Shown here piece after piece: positions 35,162 through 45,084 of a DNA stretch of 64,000 nt (the stretch's first letter is position 1; each line of letters opens with the position of its first letter). The position numbers and the translations under genes were made by a program. Source of the DNA: Planctomycetia bacterium (lineage in GTDB: Bacteria; Planctomycetota; UBA1135; GCA-002686595); contig SYGM01000073.1 of assembly GCA_005799545.1 (NCBI GenBank), positions 1,190-65,189 on the forward strand, given 5' to 3'. A model generated the notes under the pieces. It saw only the letters and a list, made by a program, of their open reading frames with translations, was not told the DNA's origin and did not search any database.

Positions 35162-35664
35162 GCTTCTTTCCGCGTCAGGGACGCATGCAGGCCCTCGAAG
35201 GCGGCGCCTTTGCCGCCGACAACGCCGTGCTGACCGGCGAGATCACGCTGGGCCGCGACAGCGGAGTCTGGTGCGGCTGCGTGCGGCGCGGCTACGATGC
35301 GCCGCTGGTGATCGGCGAGCGCACGAACATCCAGGATCTCACCATGATCCATGCCGACCCCGGCGTGCCCAATGTGATCGGCAACGATGTCACGGTGGGG
35401 CACCGCTGCGTTCTGCACGGCGCGCGCGTCGAGGACGGCTGCCTGATCGGAATGGGAGCGATCCTGCTGGGCGGCTCGGTGATCGGCGCGCAGTCGCTGG
35501 TCGCGGCGGGTGCGGTGGTCAAGGAGGGCTTCGTGGTGCCGCCGCGCTCGCTCGTCGCCGGCGTGCCCGCCAAAGTGATCCGCCCGCTGACGGACGAAGA
35601 AGTGGCCCGCATCGCGCAGAGCGCGGTCGGCTACGTCCACAAGATCCGGCTGTACCTGCCGTGA
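35158..35664 (+). CDS. Gamma-carbonic-anhydrase-family / hexapeptide-repeat protein (PaaY/YrdA-like)
   Basis: ATG 35158 overlaps the upstream TGA (ATGA). 'VIGERTNIQDLTMIHADPG...IGNDVTVGHRCVLHGARVEDGCLIGMGAILL...VVPPRSLVAGVPAKVIRPL'. Confidence 0.8.
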   Translation: MSFFPRQGRMQALEGGAFAADNAVLTGEITLGRDSGVWCGCVRRGYDAPLVIGERTNIQDLTMIHADPGVPNVIGNDVTVGHRCVLHGARVEDGCLIGMGAILLGGSVIGAQSLVAAGAVVKEGFVVPPRSLVAGVPAKVIRPLTDEEVARIAQSAVGYVHKIRLYLP

Positions 35665-36473
35665 GCGAGACTGAGTATCTGGAGCGGCGGTTGCGCCTGT
35701 TCGAAAGCCTGCGCGGGCTGGAAAGTCTCGCCGTGGCCTACTCCGGCGGAGTCGACTCGGCAGTGTTGCTGCATGCCGCGACGCAAGTGATCGGAAACCG
35801 TGCGGTGGGGGTGATCGCCGACTCGCCTTCGCTGCCGCGCCGGGAACTGGCCGAGGCGCTCGAGCTCTCGCGGAGCATGGGGGCACGCACCGAGGTCATC
35901 GCCACCGCGGAACTGGAGGACGAGCGCTACCGCGCCAACTCCGGCGATCGCTGCTACTGGTGCAAGACGCATCTGTTCCAAGCCATGGAACCCTGGGCGC
36001 GCGCGCGCGGCTTTTCCGCGCTGGCCTTCGGTGAAGTCACGGATGACTGGCTTGACCACCGGCCCGGCGCACGGGCCGCACGCGAGTTCGGTGTGATTGC
36101 GCCGCTCTCCGCCGCGGGGCTTTCCAAGGACGATGTGCGCCGCTACGCACGCGAGGCAGGACTTGCTGTCGCCGACAAGCCTGCTTCCGCCTGTCTGGCG
36201 TCGCGGCTGCCGGTCGGGACCCGCGTGGATCGCGCGCGCCTCGAACGCGTCGAACGCAGCGAGGAGCAGCTCAAGCGACTCGGGCTGGCGGCACTGCGCG
36301 TGCGCGATCATTTCCCCAAGGCCCGAGTGGAGCTGGGCGCGCAGGAGTGGACGCGTCTGGAGGCCTTGCGCCAAGAGATCGAAGCCCGGCTCTCGCAAGA
36401 GGGATTTTCAGAATTTGAATACGCGCGCTACCGCTCGCCCGCCGAGCGAGCGGAAAGTCGCGGCATGAGTTAG
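35661..36473 (+). CDS. PP-loop ATP pyrophosphatase, LarE-like (TIGR00268-type) sulfur transferase
   Basis: GTG 35661 overlaps the upstream TGA (GTGA). PP-loop 'LAVAYSGGVDSAVLL'. Conserved Cys block 'KPASACLASRLPVG'. Confidence 0.7.
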   Translation: MSETEYLERRLRLFESLRGLESLAVAYSGGVDSAVLLHAATQVIGNRAVGVIADSPSLPRRELAEALELSRSMGARTEVIATAELEDERYRANSGDRCYWCKTHLFQAMEPWARARGFSALAFGEVTDDWLDHRPGARAAREFGVIAPLSAAGLSKDDVRRYAREAGLAVADKPASACLASRLPVGTRVDRARLERVERSEEQLKRLGLAALRVRDHFPKARVELGAQEWTRLEALRQEIEARLSQEGFSEFEYARYRSPAERAESRGMS

Positions 36474-36476
36474 TGT

Positions 36477-38045
36477 ATGAGCCCACTCATGCTGCCCCTC
36501 CGCACTGCATTCGCCCTGCTTCTGTGCGCGCTGCCGCAGATCTCGCTGCCGCTGTGCGCACAATCCGCACCGGCTCCCAGTTCGCGCCTCGATCGACGCA
36601 TGGATTCCGGCGTCGTCGAGAACGACAGCTCCGAGCGCCGCGTGCTGGCTTCGTTCTCCATCGAGGAGCCCGGCGCGATCTGGATGCGTCTCTACTTCGA
36701 TGAGCTGGTGCTGGGCGGCGACGAGGCCACCGGCAACGGCTCATATGTGCGCATCACCTCGATGCTGGATGGCGCGAGTCAGGTGCTGCATGCCAGCCAT
36801 GCGGCGCAATGGCGGAATTCCAGCGCCTACATGAACGGCGACGCGGTGCTGGTCGAGCTGATCGGCGAGCCCAAGAGCGGCGCCAGCCGCATGCGTCTTG
36901 CCGCGATCGATGCCGGCTTCGCCGTGCTCAACTCGATCTGCGGGGCAAGCGATGATCGCGTGCTTTCCGCCGATCCGCGCGCCGCGCGCGCCATGCCGGT
37001 GGGCTGCACCGCGTGGCTGATCAGCGACTGCGGACGCTGCTTCCTCACCGCAGGTCACTGCATGTCGGGCAGCAACCTCACTGTGGTTCAATTCAACGTG
37101 CCGCCGTCGACATCTTCGGGCGGTCTGCAGAACCCGCCGCCGGAGCATCAGTACGCCGTCGACTCCGTCTCGCGTCAGTTCGTCAACGGCGGCGTCGGCA
37201 ATGACTGGGGCTATTTTGGCTGCTTCCCGAACAGCAACACCGGTCTCAAGCCTTTTCAGGCGCAGGGCGCAGCCTACGTGCTCGCCAACCCGCCCGCCTT
37301 CAGTTCCAGTCTGACGATGCGCATCACGGGCTACGGCACGGATTCATCGCCTTCGACCTCCAATCAGGTCCAGCAGACGCACAGCGGGCCGTACTTCGCC
37401 CTCAGCGGCACGGCTCTGCAGCATCAGGCCGACACCACCGGCGGCAATTCCGGCTCAGCTGTCTTCTGGGAGCAAGGCGGCGTGGCCGTCGGAATCCACA
37501 CGCACGCCGGCTGCAACAGCACATCCACCGGCGGCAACTCCGCCACCGCGCTGACCAACGCCGGCCTGCAGGCCGCGCTTGCGGCACCACTGGGCGTCTG
37601 CAACACGCTCTGCGCCTCAGGTCTGACCCAGTACTGCACCGCCAAAGTCAACTCACTGGGCTGCACGCCGCAGATCTCCTCGGTGGGCACCCCCAGCGCG
37701 ACCTCTCCGGCTCCCTTCCTGATCACGGCCTCCAATGTGCTCAACCAGAAGAGCGGCATGCTGGTCTACTCACTGATGAGCGCGGCGACTCCCTTCCAGG
37801 GCGGCACGCTGTGCGTGGCGAGCCCGCTGATCCGCACGACGCTGCAGAACTCCGGCGGCAACGTCGGAGTCAACAACTGCAGCGGAACGCACAGCTACGA
37901 CATGCGCGCGCGCATTCAGAGCGGGCTCGATCCCAACCTGCGCGCAGGCACCACGGTGTACGTCCAGTGGCTGACGCGCGACGTCGCCAGCCCGACGGGC
38001 CCGCTGGGCCTCACCGCAGCGCTCGCGGTCAGCATCGGACCCTGA
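36477..38045 (+). CDS. Secreted trypsin-fold (S1, V8/Glu-endopeptidase-like) serine protease with Cys-containing C-terminal domain
   Basis: Signal 'MSPLMLPLRTAFALLLCALPQISLPLCAQS'. His block 'CFLTAGHCMSG'. Ser block 'TTGGNSGSAVF'. About 170 aa of C-terminal extension. Confidence 0.75.
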   Translation: MSPLMLPLRTAFALLLCALPQISLPLCAQSAPAPSSRLDRRMDSGVVENDSSERRVLASFSIEEPGAIWMRLYFDELVLGGDEATGNGSYVRITSMLDGASQVLHASHAAQWRNSSAYMNGDAVLVELIGEPKSGASRMRLAAIDAGFAVLNSICGASDDRVLSADPRAARAMPVGCTAWLISDCGRCFLTAGHCMSGSNLTVVQFNVPPSTSSGGLQNPPPEHQYAVDSVSRQFVNGGVGNDWGYFGCFPNSNTGLKPFQAQGAAYVLANPPAFSSSLTMRITGYGTDSSPSTSNQVQQTHSGPYFALSGTALQHQADTTGGNSGSAVFWEQGGVAVGIHTHAGCNSTSTGGNSATALTNAGLQAALAAPLGVCNTLCASGLTQYCTAKVNSLGCTPQISSVGTPSATSPAPFLITASNVLNQKSGMLVYSLMSAATPFQGGTLCVASPLIRTTLQNSGGNVGVNNCSGTHSYDMRARIQSGLDPNLRAGTTVYVQWLTRDVASPTGPLGLTAALAVSIGP

Positions 38046-38094
38046 AGCGCGCAGGTGCTTGCCGAGTCGCCTCGGCGCGGTTCCAATGCACGGC

Positions 38095-39273
38095 ATGACC
38101 TCGTCGATCCGCATCGGTCTCATCGGCCAGAAATTCATGGGCCGCGCCCACTCCAACGCGTGGGGCCAAGTCAATCGCTTCTTCGATCTGCCGCGCCATG
38201 CGGAGCTGCACACCATCGCCGCGCGCAATGGCGCCGAGCTCGCCGCCTTCGCCGAGCGCTGGGGCTGGAAGCACAGGTCCACCGACTGGAAGAGCCTCGC
38301 CAAGGATCCCGACCTCGATCTGGTCGACATCGGCACCTCCAATGATGTCCACGCCGAGCAGGCGATCGCGATGCTCGAGGGCGGCAAGCATGTAGCCTGC
38401 GAGAAGCCGCTCGCGGGCACGCTCGATGACGCGCGCACGATGCGCGATGCCGCCAAGCGGCGCAAGAAGCAGCACACCTTCGTCTGGTACAACTACCGCC
38501 GCTGCCCGGCGGTGGCGCTGGCCTGGCAGCTGATGCGCGAGGGCTGCATCGGCCGCGTCTACCACGTGCGCGCGCAGTACCTGCAGAGCTGGGGCGGGCC
38601 CGACACGCCGCTGCTGTGGCGCTTCCAGAAGAAGTCCGCCGGCAGCGGCGCGCACGGCGATCTCAACGCGCACATCATCGACATGGCACGCTTTCTCGTG
38701 GACGAAGAGGTGGCCGAGATCCACGGCGCGATCAACAAGACCTTCATCGCCGAGCGCGCCATCCCGACCTCGGACGCTTCGCTCTCGGGTTCCGGAGGAG
38801 CGAAGAAAGGCAAGAGCGATGTCGACGACGCCGTGCTGTTCCTGGCGAGCTTCCGCGGCGGGGCCGTGGCGAGCTTCGAGGCGACGCGCCTCGCCACCGG
38901 ACGCCAGAACGCCAACTCGATCGAAATCAACGGCGAGAAGGGCGCGCTGCGCTTCGAATTCGAGAACATGAACGTGCTCGAGTACTTCGACAACACGCTG
39001 CCAGCGCGCACGGCCGGCTGGCGCCGCATCATGTGCACCTCGAGCGCGGGCGGGCATCCTTATGCCGCCAACTGGTGGCCCGATGCGCATGTGCTCGGCT
39101 ACGAGCACGGCTTCGTCAACATGGCGGCGGACATCCTGCGCGTGCTGTGCGGCGAGAAGGCGCTCGTCCCGCTGCCCGATTTCGAGGATGCGTACCAGAC
39201 CCAACGCGTGCTCGAGGCGGCGCTGATCAGCGCCAAGGAGCGCCAGGCGATCAAGCTGGCGGATGTGCGCTAG
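38095..39273 (+). CDS. Gfo/Idh/MocA-family NAD(P)-dependent oxidoreductase
   Basis: '[19 protein letters not shown]' (Rossmann), '[11 protein letters not shown]'. The start is ATG 38095 (or 38086). Confidence 0.85.
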   Translation: MTSSIRIGLIGQKFMGRAHSNAWGQVNRFFDLPRHAELHTIAARNGAELAAFAERWGWKHRSTDWKSLAKDPDLDLVDIGTSNDVHAEQAIAMLEGGKHVACEKPLAGTLDDARTMRDAAKRRKKQHTFVWYNYRRCPAVALAWQLMREGCIGRVYHVRAQYLQSWGGPDTPLLWRFQKKSAGSGAHGDLNAHIIDMARFLVDEEVAEIHGAINKTFIAERAIPTSDASLSGSGGAKKGKSDVDDAVLFLASFRGGAVASFEATRLATGRQNANSIEINGEKGALRFEFENMNVLEYFDNTLPARTAGWRRIMCTSSAGGHPYAANWWPDAHVLGYEHGFVNMAADILRVLCGEKALVPLPDFEDAYQTQRVLEAALISAKERQAIKLADVR

Positions 39274-39446
39274 CGCAAAGCGCCGCTGCGGAGCCGCTCT
39301 TAAACCTGCTCCAGTCTCTCGCACAGCATGCGTTTCCCAGCCGGCAGCGCGTTGAAGTCCGGGTGAGCGTTCTTGGGGATGGCGACCTGCTCGCCGCGTG
39401 CCCTGCCATTCTCCCCGCCGCCCCGCCGCGCTATCCTCTAGGCGCC

Positions 39447-40490
39447 ATGCCGCGCCCCGTCTCCCTCTTCACCGGCCAGTGGGCCGATCTCTCCCTCGAC
39501 AACCTCTGCCAGAAGGCCAAGTCCTTCGGCTACGACGCGCTCGAGCTCGCCTGCTGGGGCGATCACTTCGAAGTGCAGCGCTGCCTCAAGGACAAGGATT
39601 ACGCCAAGCGTCACTGGGACATCCTCCAGTCGCACGGACTCGTCTCGCTGGCGGTCTCCAACCACCTCGTCGGTCAGGCCGTCTCGGATCCGATTGATGC
39701 GCGCCACAAGCAGATCCTGCCCGAGCACGTCTGGAAGGACGGCAAGCCCGAAGGCGTCAAGAAGCGCGCACAGCAGGAGATGATCGACACCGGCCGGGCC
39801 GCCCGCGTGTTCTTCGATGCGGCGCCCAAGAGCGTCAAGCAGCAGCTCAAGCGCAGCGGCCGCACGGTCGTGGTGGGCTTCACGGGCTCGCCGATCTGGC
39901 ACATGGCCTACGCTTTCCCGCCGCACACGGCGCGCGCGGTCGAGCAGGGCCTTGCCCAATTCGCGTCGGAGTGGAAGCCGATTCTCGATGAGTACGACAA
40001 GGTCAATGTCAGCTTTGCACTGGAAGTGCATCCCACCGAGATCGCGTTCGACATCCACTCCATGCGCCTGGCGCGCAAGGCCCTGAAGAACCACAAGCGG
40101 TTCGGCGTCAACTTCGATCCGAGCCACTTCGGCTACCAGGGCGTCGACTATCTCGCGTTCCTCGACGAGTTCCGCGCACTGATCTGGAACGTGCACATCA
40201 AGGACGTCTGGTGGAGCGAAAAGCCGATGGCCGCGGGTGTGTTCGGCGGTCACGCAGCATTCGGTTCCTCGACGCGCTACTGGGATTTCCGCTCGCCCGG
40301 ACGCGGCCGGATCGATTTCGAAGGCATCGTGCGCATGCTCAACCACGCCGGATACGCCGGGCCGCTCTCGGTCGAGTGGGAGGATTCGCACATGGATCGC
40401 GAGCATGGAGCCACTGAGGCGGCGGCCTTCGTGCGCCGACTGGACTTCCCGCGCTCCAACCGCGCGTTCGACAGCGCCTTCTCCGAATGA
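39447..40490 (+). CDS. Sugar phosphate isomerase/epimerase (xylose-isomerase-like TIM barrel)
   Basis: Start at ATG 39447. '[17 protein letters not shown]', '[13 protein letters not shown]', 'NVHIKDV', 'LSVEWED' are typical of the AP_endonuc_2/TIM family. Confidence 0.8.
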   Translation: MPRPVSLFTGQWADLSLDNLCQKAKSFGYDALELACWGDHFEVQRCLKDKDYAKRHWDILQSHGLVSLAVSNHLVGQAVSDPIDARHKQILPEHVWKDGKPEGVKKRAQQEMIDTGRAARVFFDAAPKSVKQQLKRSGRTVVVGFTGSPIWHMAYAFPPHTARAVEQGLAQFASEWKPILDEYDKVNVSFALEVHPTEIAFDIHSMRLARKALKNHKRFGVNFDPSHFGYQGVDYLAFLDEFRALIWNVHIKDVWWSEKPMAAGVFGGHAAFGSSTRYWDFRSPGRGRIDFEGIVRMLNHAGYAGPLSVEWEDSHMDREHGATEAAAFVRRLDFPRSNRAFDSAFSE

Positions 40491-40505
40491 TCGGGTGATC
40501 CCACC

Positions 40506-41759
40506 ATGCAGCAAGCTCCCCCCGCGCTCCTGGCGCGACTGTCGGTGATGATGTTTCTGCAGTACGCCATCTGGGGGGCCTGGCTGCCCTTCCTGTGGTC
40601 GTTCCTCTCGGGCGCGCGCGGTTTCGCGCCCGAACAGATCGGCAACATGTTCGCTGCGGGTGCGGTGGGTGCGATCCTCGGACCCTTCATCGCGGGTCAG
40701 ATCGCCGACCGCTGGTTCGCGACGGAGAAGTTCCTGGCGCTGAGCCACCTGCTCGGCGCCGCGCTGATCTGGAATCTGGCGACGATCGCGAGCTACGAGG
40801 GCTTCCTGCTGTTCTCGCTGCTCTACGGCATGGTCTACGCGCCGACGATGGCGCTGACCAACTCGCTGGCCTTCCATCACCTTACCGATCGCGATGCGCA
40901 GTTCGGCAGGGTGCGCCTGTGGGGCACCTTCGGCTGGATCGCCGTGGGCCTGGCGATGGGGCAGTGGCTGGCGCACGCGCACGCTGCGGATGTCGTGGCC
41001 GGCAAGGCGGATGCGTTCCGGCTGAGCGCGTTGCTGGGCGTGGCCATGGGCGTCTACTGCCTGACGCTGCCGCACACGCCGCCCTCGCGCGGCGCGCGCA
41101 GGAACGCCACCTTCGAGGCGCTGGGCGAGATCCGCCGGCAGCCGCTGCTGATGCTGTTCCTGCTGGCGGTGCCGGTCTCGTGCATCCACCAGTTCTACTT
41201 CGTGCACACAGAGTCTTTTCTGGGTGCGCGTCAGGCTGCCGCGCCGGAGTTCTTCAAGACCATCTTCGGCGAGGGCGGCGGCGGCCTGATGACGGTGGGG
41301 CAGATGAGCGAAGTGGCTGTGCTCGGCCTGATTCCGTTCTTTGCCAGAAGACTCTCGCGCAAGTCGCTGCTCGCGATCGGGCTGACCGCCTATGCGCTGC
41401 GGATGGCACTGTTTGCGCACGTCGATGCACTGCCCTTCCCGGTGATGGGCACGCTGATGGCGGGCATCGCGCTGCACGGTCTGTGCTTCGGCTGCTTCAT
41501 CTTCGTGGCCTTCATGATCGTCGATGAGAACACGAGCAGCGATGTGCGCGCCTCTGCGCAGAACCTGTTCAATCTGGTGATCATCGGCATCGGCGTGATT
41601 GTGGGCAGCAAGCTCGCCGGTTCGATTGCCGCGTGGGCTTCCGCAGGAGGCTCGATGGACTACCAAAGGCTGTTCAGCGTTCCCCTGTGGGCCGCGCTGG
41701 CGTGCCTCGCCGCACTGCTGCTCTTCTATCCCACTCCTGGACGCAAGGTGATCGCATGA
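40506..41759 (+). CDS. MFS transporter, nucleoside:H+ symporter (NHS)-like
   Basis: 'LSVMMFLQYAIWGAWLPFL', 12 predicted TMs, 'GQIADRWF'. Confidence 0.75.
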   Translation: MQQAPPALLARLSVMMFLQYAIWGAWLPFLWSFLSGARGFAPEQIGNMFAAGAVGAILGPFIAGQIADRWFATEKFLALSHLLGAALIWNLATIASYEGFLLFSLLYGMVYAPTMALTNSLAFHHLTDRDAQFGRVRLWGTFGWIAVGLAMGQWLAHAHAADVVAGKADAFRLSALLGVAMGVYCLTLPHTPPSRGARRNATFEALGEIRRQPLLMLFLLAVPVSCIHQFYFVHTESFLGARQAAAPEFFKTIFGEGGGGLMTVGQMSEVAVLGLIPFFARRLSRKSLLAIGLTAYALRMALFAHVDALPFPVMGTLMAGIALHGLCFGCFIFVAFMIVDENTSSDVRASAQNLFNLVIIGIGVIVGSKLAGSIAAWASAGGSMDYQRLFSVPLWAALACLAALLLFYPTPGRKVIA

Positions 41760-42469
41760 TGCTCAGCGCCGCACTGCTGTTGCTGTCCAAGCCCGTGTTT
41801 CAGGCTCCGCCCCCGCCGGTGCGCGGACGCGATCCCTGGGTCTTTCGCTGCGTGCTCGACAAACGCCCGCGCATGGTTGTTTTCGCGCTGAGCGAGCAGG
41901 GCCTGTGGTGCGCCTACGATGCGCAGACACTGAGCTTCTACAAGTGCTGGCAGGGCAATGTGCGGCTGACCGGATCGGTCTATGACACTTCGCACGGACC
42001 GCAGCCGACCGTGCAGGGCACGGAGTACCTGCGCGGTTTCGACGAAGACAACTGGCAGGTCTTCGTCGGGGGCAAGGGGGTGGCGGCCGAGCCGCGTTTC
42101 GGCGGCTACTGGATGCACGACGGACGGGCCACGTTGCTCTACCACCTGATCCTGCCCGATGGTCGCAATATCCAGGTACGGGAGACGCCCGAGTTCTCGC
42201 GTCCGGAGGAGTTGTTCTCGGACGATCAGATCGAGGACTTCGTGCTGGAGAAGAGCGATCTGTGTCTGTGGCGCTCGTTCCAGGTGGTGGAGTGCCCTGA
42301 GGATGTGCAGATTGCGCTGCGCGTGGGCTTCAAGGGGACGAGCCGCAAGCTGGTGGAGATGATGGAGCGGGAAGATCCCGACAAGCAGGAAGGCTGGCTG
42401 GTGCTCAGCAGCACACGGCCCGGCAACAACCTGCTCCTGTTCTTCAAGCCCAAGTCCGAGGTGCGCTGA
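41756..42469 (+). CDS. Hypothetical exported protein; resembles the N-terminal module of PVC-type large dehydrogenase/DUF1080 proteins (from memory)
   Basis: ATG 41756 overlaps the upstream TGA. 'MMLSAALLLLSKPVFQ' is a signal. 'DPWVFRCVLDKRPRMVVFAL...LWCAYDAQTLSFYKCWQG'. Its stop overlaps the next start (TGATG at 42467-42471). Confidence 0.45.
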   Translation: MMLSAALLLLSKPVFQAPPPPVRGRDPWVFRCVLDKRPRMVVFALSEQGLWCAYDAQTLSFYKCWQGNVRLTGSVYDTSHGPQPTVQGTEYLRGFDEDNWQVFVGGKGVAAEPRFGGYWMHDGRATLLYHLILPDGRNIQVRETPEFSRPEELFSDDQIEDFVLEKSDLCLWRSFQVVECPEDVQIALRVGFKGTSRKLVEMMEREDPDKQEGWLVLSSTRPGNNLLLFFKPKSEVR

Positions 42470-45072
42470 TGCTGGCTCTCATGTTGCTCTGGCTGGCGCA
42501 GGAGGCTCCCCGTCAGGAGGGCGTCTCGATGCGCTTCTACTTCCTCGGTGAGCCCATCGAGGAGCTGTGCGATCTGGTGGCGGGTCAGACGCCGAACATC
42601 TCGCGCATCGAGCCGCAGCTGGATTTCGACACGGATCAGGCTCGCGGCATCGCGGGTTTGGAGTACACCTTCCTGGCCGTCGTTGACGGCTGGATCGAGA
42701 TCCCCGCGCCCGGCAAGTGGAGCTTTCGCCTGACGAGCGACGACGGATCGAAGCTCGAACTCGACGGCAGGACGCTGATCGAACACGACGGCCTGCACGG
42801 TTCCACGGCCAAGGTCGCCGAGCGGGAGCTGAGCGCCGGTTCGCATCCGTTCCTGCTGCGGCATTTCCAGTGCTACGGCGGCTGGTCGCTGCGTCTGGAG
42901 TGGAAGGCGCCGGGTGCAGAGCGCTATGAGCTGATCCCCTCGAGTGCCCTGCGCTGTCCTGCGGGTGAAGTGCGTGTCACGGCGCCCGGCACCAAGCGCA
43001 TCCTCAAGCCATTGTCGAAGCTGCGGCCCGGCAGCGGACGGCCGCTGGAGAGCGTGCATCCTGGCTATGCGCTCTTCCCCGCGCGCCCGGCCGATTTCTG
43101 TCCCAAGGTCGGCGGGCTGGCGTTCCGCGAGAACGGTGATCTGCTGGTCAGCACCTGGGATCCGGAAGGTGCCGTGTGGGCGCTGAGCGGCGTCAGCAGC
43201 GGTGATCCGGCGAAGATCACGGCCCGCAGGATCGCCAGCGGGCTCGCCGAGCCGCTGGGGCTGTGCGTCGTGGGCAAGCGCGTGTTCGTGCTGCAGAAGC
43301 AGGAACTGACCGAGCTGATCGACATCGACGGGGATGGCATCACAGACACCTACTCCTGCCTGTGCAGCGACTGGAATGTCGGTCCGAACTTCCACGAGTT
43401 CGCCTTCGGGCTGGTGCACAAGGACAACTGGCTCTACGCCAATCTGGCGATCGCGATCGATCCGGGCGGCAAGTCCACGCGTCCGCAGGTGCCTGGTCGC
43501 GGCGAGGCGATCCGCATCAGCCTTGAAAACGGACGCTTTGAGACCGTTGCGCAGGGACTGCGCACGCCCAATGGCATCGGCACGGGGCCGGAAGGGGAGC
43601 TCTTTCTCACGGACAATCAGGGCGATTGGCTACCGGCTTCGAAGCTGATGAGGCTGGAGCCCGGCGCCTTCTACGGTTCGCGTGCCGTCAAGCTGGAGGA
43701 AGCCGCGAAGCTGCCGGTGACTCCGCCCGTCCTGTGGCTGCCGCAGAATGAGATCGGCAACAGCCCAAGTGCTCCGGCGCTGATTCCCGCCGGTCACGGA
43801 CCGTACAGCGGACAGCTGTGCCATGGAGACGTCACCTACGGCGGCGTGCAGCGCGATTTCCTCGAGGTCATCGAGGGCGTGTGGCAGGGCTGCGTGATTC
43901 CGTGGATCCAGGGTCTCGAGGCAGGCGTCAATCGCCTCGTGTTCGGTCCGGACGGCGCGCTGTATGTCGGCGGCATCGGCTCGAGCGGCAACTGGGGACA
44001 GTCGGGCAAGGCGAACTGCGGCCTGCAGCGTCTGGTCTGGCAGAACCAGCCCGTATTCGACCTGCTTGCCGTGCGCGCGCACAGCGACGGGCTCGAGCTG
44101 GAGTTCACGCACGCGATCGGCGATGGCGAAGGCTGGGAACCGGAGAACTACGCCGTGGCGCAGTGGCATTACGAGCCGACCGAACAATACGGCGGACCCA
44201 AGCTCGATGAGCAAGCGCTGCGCGTGCGCCGTGTCAGCGTCTCCGCGGATCGTCGCAAGGTGGCGCTGCAACTGGAGGGCCTCAAGGAAGGCCATGTCGT
44301 GCACGTGCGCATTCCCGGTGCCTTGACCGCACAGACAACGCCCGGCGGTTCCGCACAGCGGCTTGTGGCGGCCGAAGCGTGGTACACGCTCAACCGCCTG
44401 CCCAAGGAACGCCCGCTGTTCGTGCGCGAGCGTCCGCGCAGCGAGGCGCTCAACCGACTGAGCGCCGCCGAACGCGAGCAGGGCTTTGAGCTGCTCTTCG
44501 ACGGCGCGAGCACGCGCGGCTGGCGTCCGTTTCGAGGGCAGGGGCCTGTGCAGGGCTGGAGCGTCGTCGATGGTGCTCTGGCACGCACGGGGCCGGGCGG
44601 TGACATCATCACCGAAGCCCAGTACGGAGACTTCGAGCTGCGCCTGGAGTGGAAGGTCGCTTCGGGTGGCAACAGCGGGGTCTTCTTCCGCGTGGACGAG
44701 AACCACGATGCTGTGTGGCGCACCGGCGCGGAGATGCAGGTGCTCGACAACGACGCGCATCCCGATGGCCGAAATCCCGCCACCAGCGCGGGCGCCAATT
44801 ACGCGCTGCACTCGCCTCCCGTCGACGCGACGCAGCCGGTCGGCTTGTGGAACCGCGCCCGACTGGTGGTGCGCGGCAGTCATGTCGAGCACTGGCTCAA
44901 CGAAGAGAAGCTGCTCGAGTACGAGCTGTGGTCGGAGGAGTGGAAGGCACTGGTCGGGCAGAGCAAATTTGCGTCGATGCCGGCCTACGGGCTCAACAAG
45001 ACCGGCCACATCGCGCTGCAGGACCACGGCGATCCGGTGGCCTTCCGCAACATCAGCATCCGGAAGCTGTAG
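42469..45072 (+). CDS. PA14 domain + beta-propeller (glucose/sorbosone-dehydrogenase-like) + C-terminal DUF1080 (3-keto-disaccharide hydrolase-like) protein
   Basis: PA14: 'FLAVVDGWIEIPAPGKWSFRLTSDDGSKLELDGRTLIEHDG'. Propeller-like middle: 'GLRTPNGIGTGPEGELFLTDNQGDW'. DUF1080: 'FELLFDGASTRGWRPF...GNSGVFFRV...GHIALQDHGDPVAFRNISIRKL'. Confidence 0.75.
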   Translation: MLALMLLWLAQEAPRQEGVSMRFYFLGEPIEELCDLVAGQTPNISRIEPQLDFDTDQARGIAGLEYTFLAVVDGWIEIPAPGKWSFRLTSDDGSKLELDGRTLIEHDGLHGSTAKVAERELSAGSHPFLLRHFQCYGGWSLRLEWKAPGAERYELIPSSALRCPAGEVRVTAPGTKRILKPLSKLRPGSGRPLESVHPGYALFPARPADFCPKVGGLAFRENGDLLVSTWDPEGAVWALSGVSSGDPAKITARRIASGLAEPLGLCVVGKRVFVLQKQELTELIDIDGDGITDTYSCLCSDWNVGPNFHEFAFGLVHKDNWLYANLAIAIDPGGKSTRPQVPGRGEAIRISLENGRFETVAQGLRTPNGIGTGPEGELFLTDNQGDWLPASKLMRLEPGAFYGSRAVKLEEAAKLPVTPPVLWLPQNEIGNSPSAPALIPAGHGPYSGQLCHGDVTYGGVQRDFLEVIEGVWQGCVIPWIQGLEAGVNRLVFGPDGALYVGGIGSSGNWGQSGKANCGLQRLVWQNQPVFDLLAVRAHSDGLELEFTHAIGDGEGWEPENYAVAQWHYEPTEQYGGPKLDEQALRVRRVSVSADRRKVALQLEGLKEGHVVHVRIPGALTAQTTPGGSAQRLVAAEAWYTLNRLPKERPLFVRERPRSEALNRLSAAEREQGFELLFDGASTRGWRPFRGQGPVQGWSVVDGALARTGPGGDIITEAQYGDFELRLEWKVASGGNSGVFFRVDENHDAVWRTGAEMQVLDNDAHPDGRNPATSAGANYALHSPPVDATQPVGLWNRARLVVRGSHVEHWLNEEKLLEYELWSEEWKALVGQSKFASMPAYGLNKTGHIALQDHGDPVAFRNISIRKL

Positions 45073-45084
45073 AGTGTCCTCCGC

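Noticed and set aside
39438-41666. 742-aa minus-strand ORF. Similar cases: 43630..45216, 31171..33207, 38029..39324, 4634..6583, 17100..18998 and 14472..15680.
   Set aside because: Each is antisense to a gene with strong family motifs (TIM barrel/MFS, DUF1080, RlmI/GT2, Gfo/Idh/MocA, CCP, CRTAC1, TPR). Their compositions are Arg/His/Gln/Asp-heavy and unlike real proteins.
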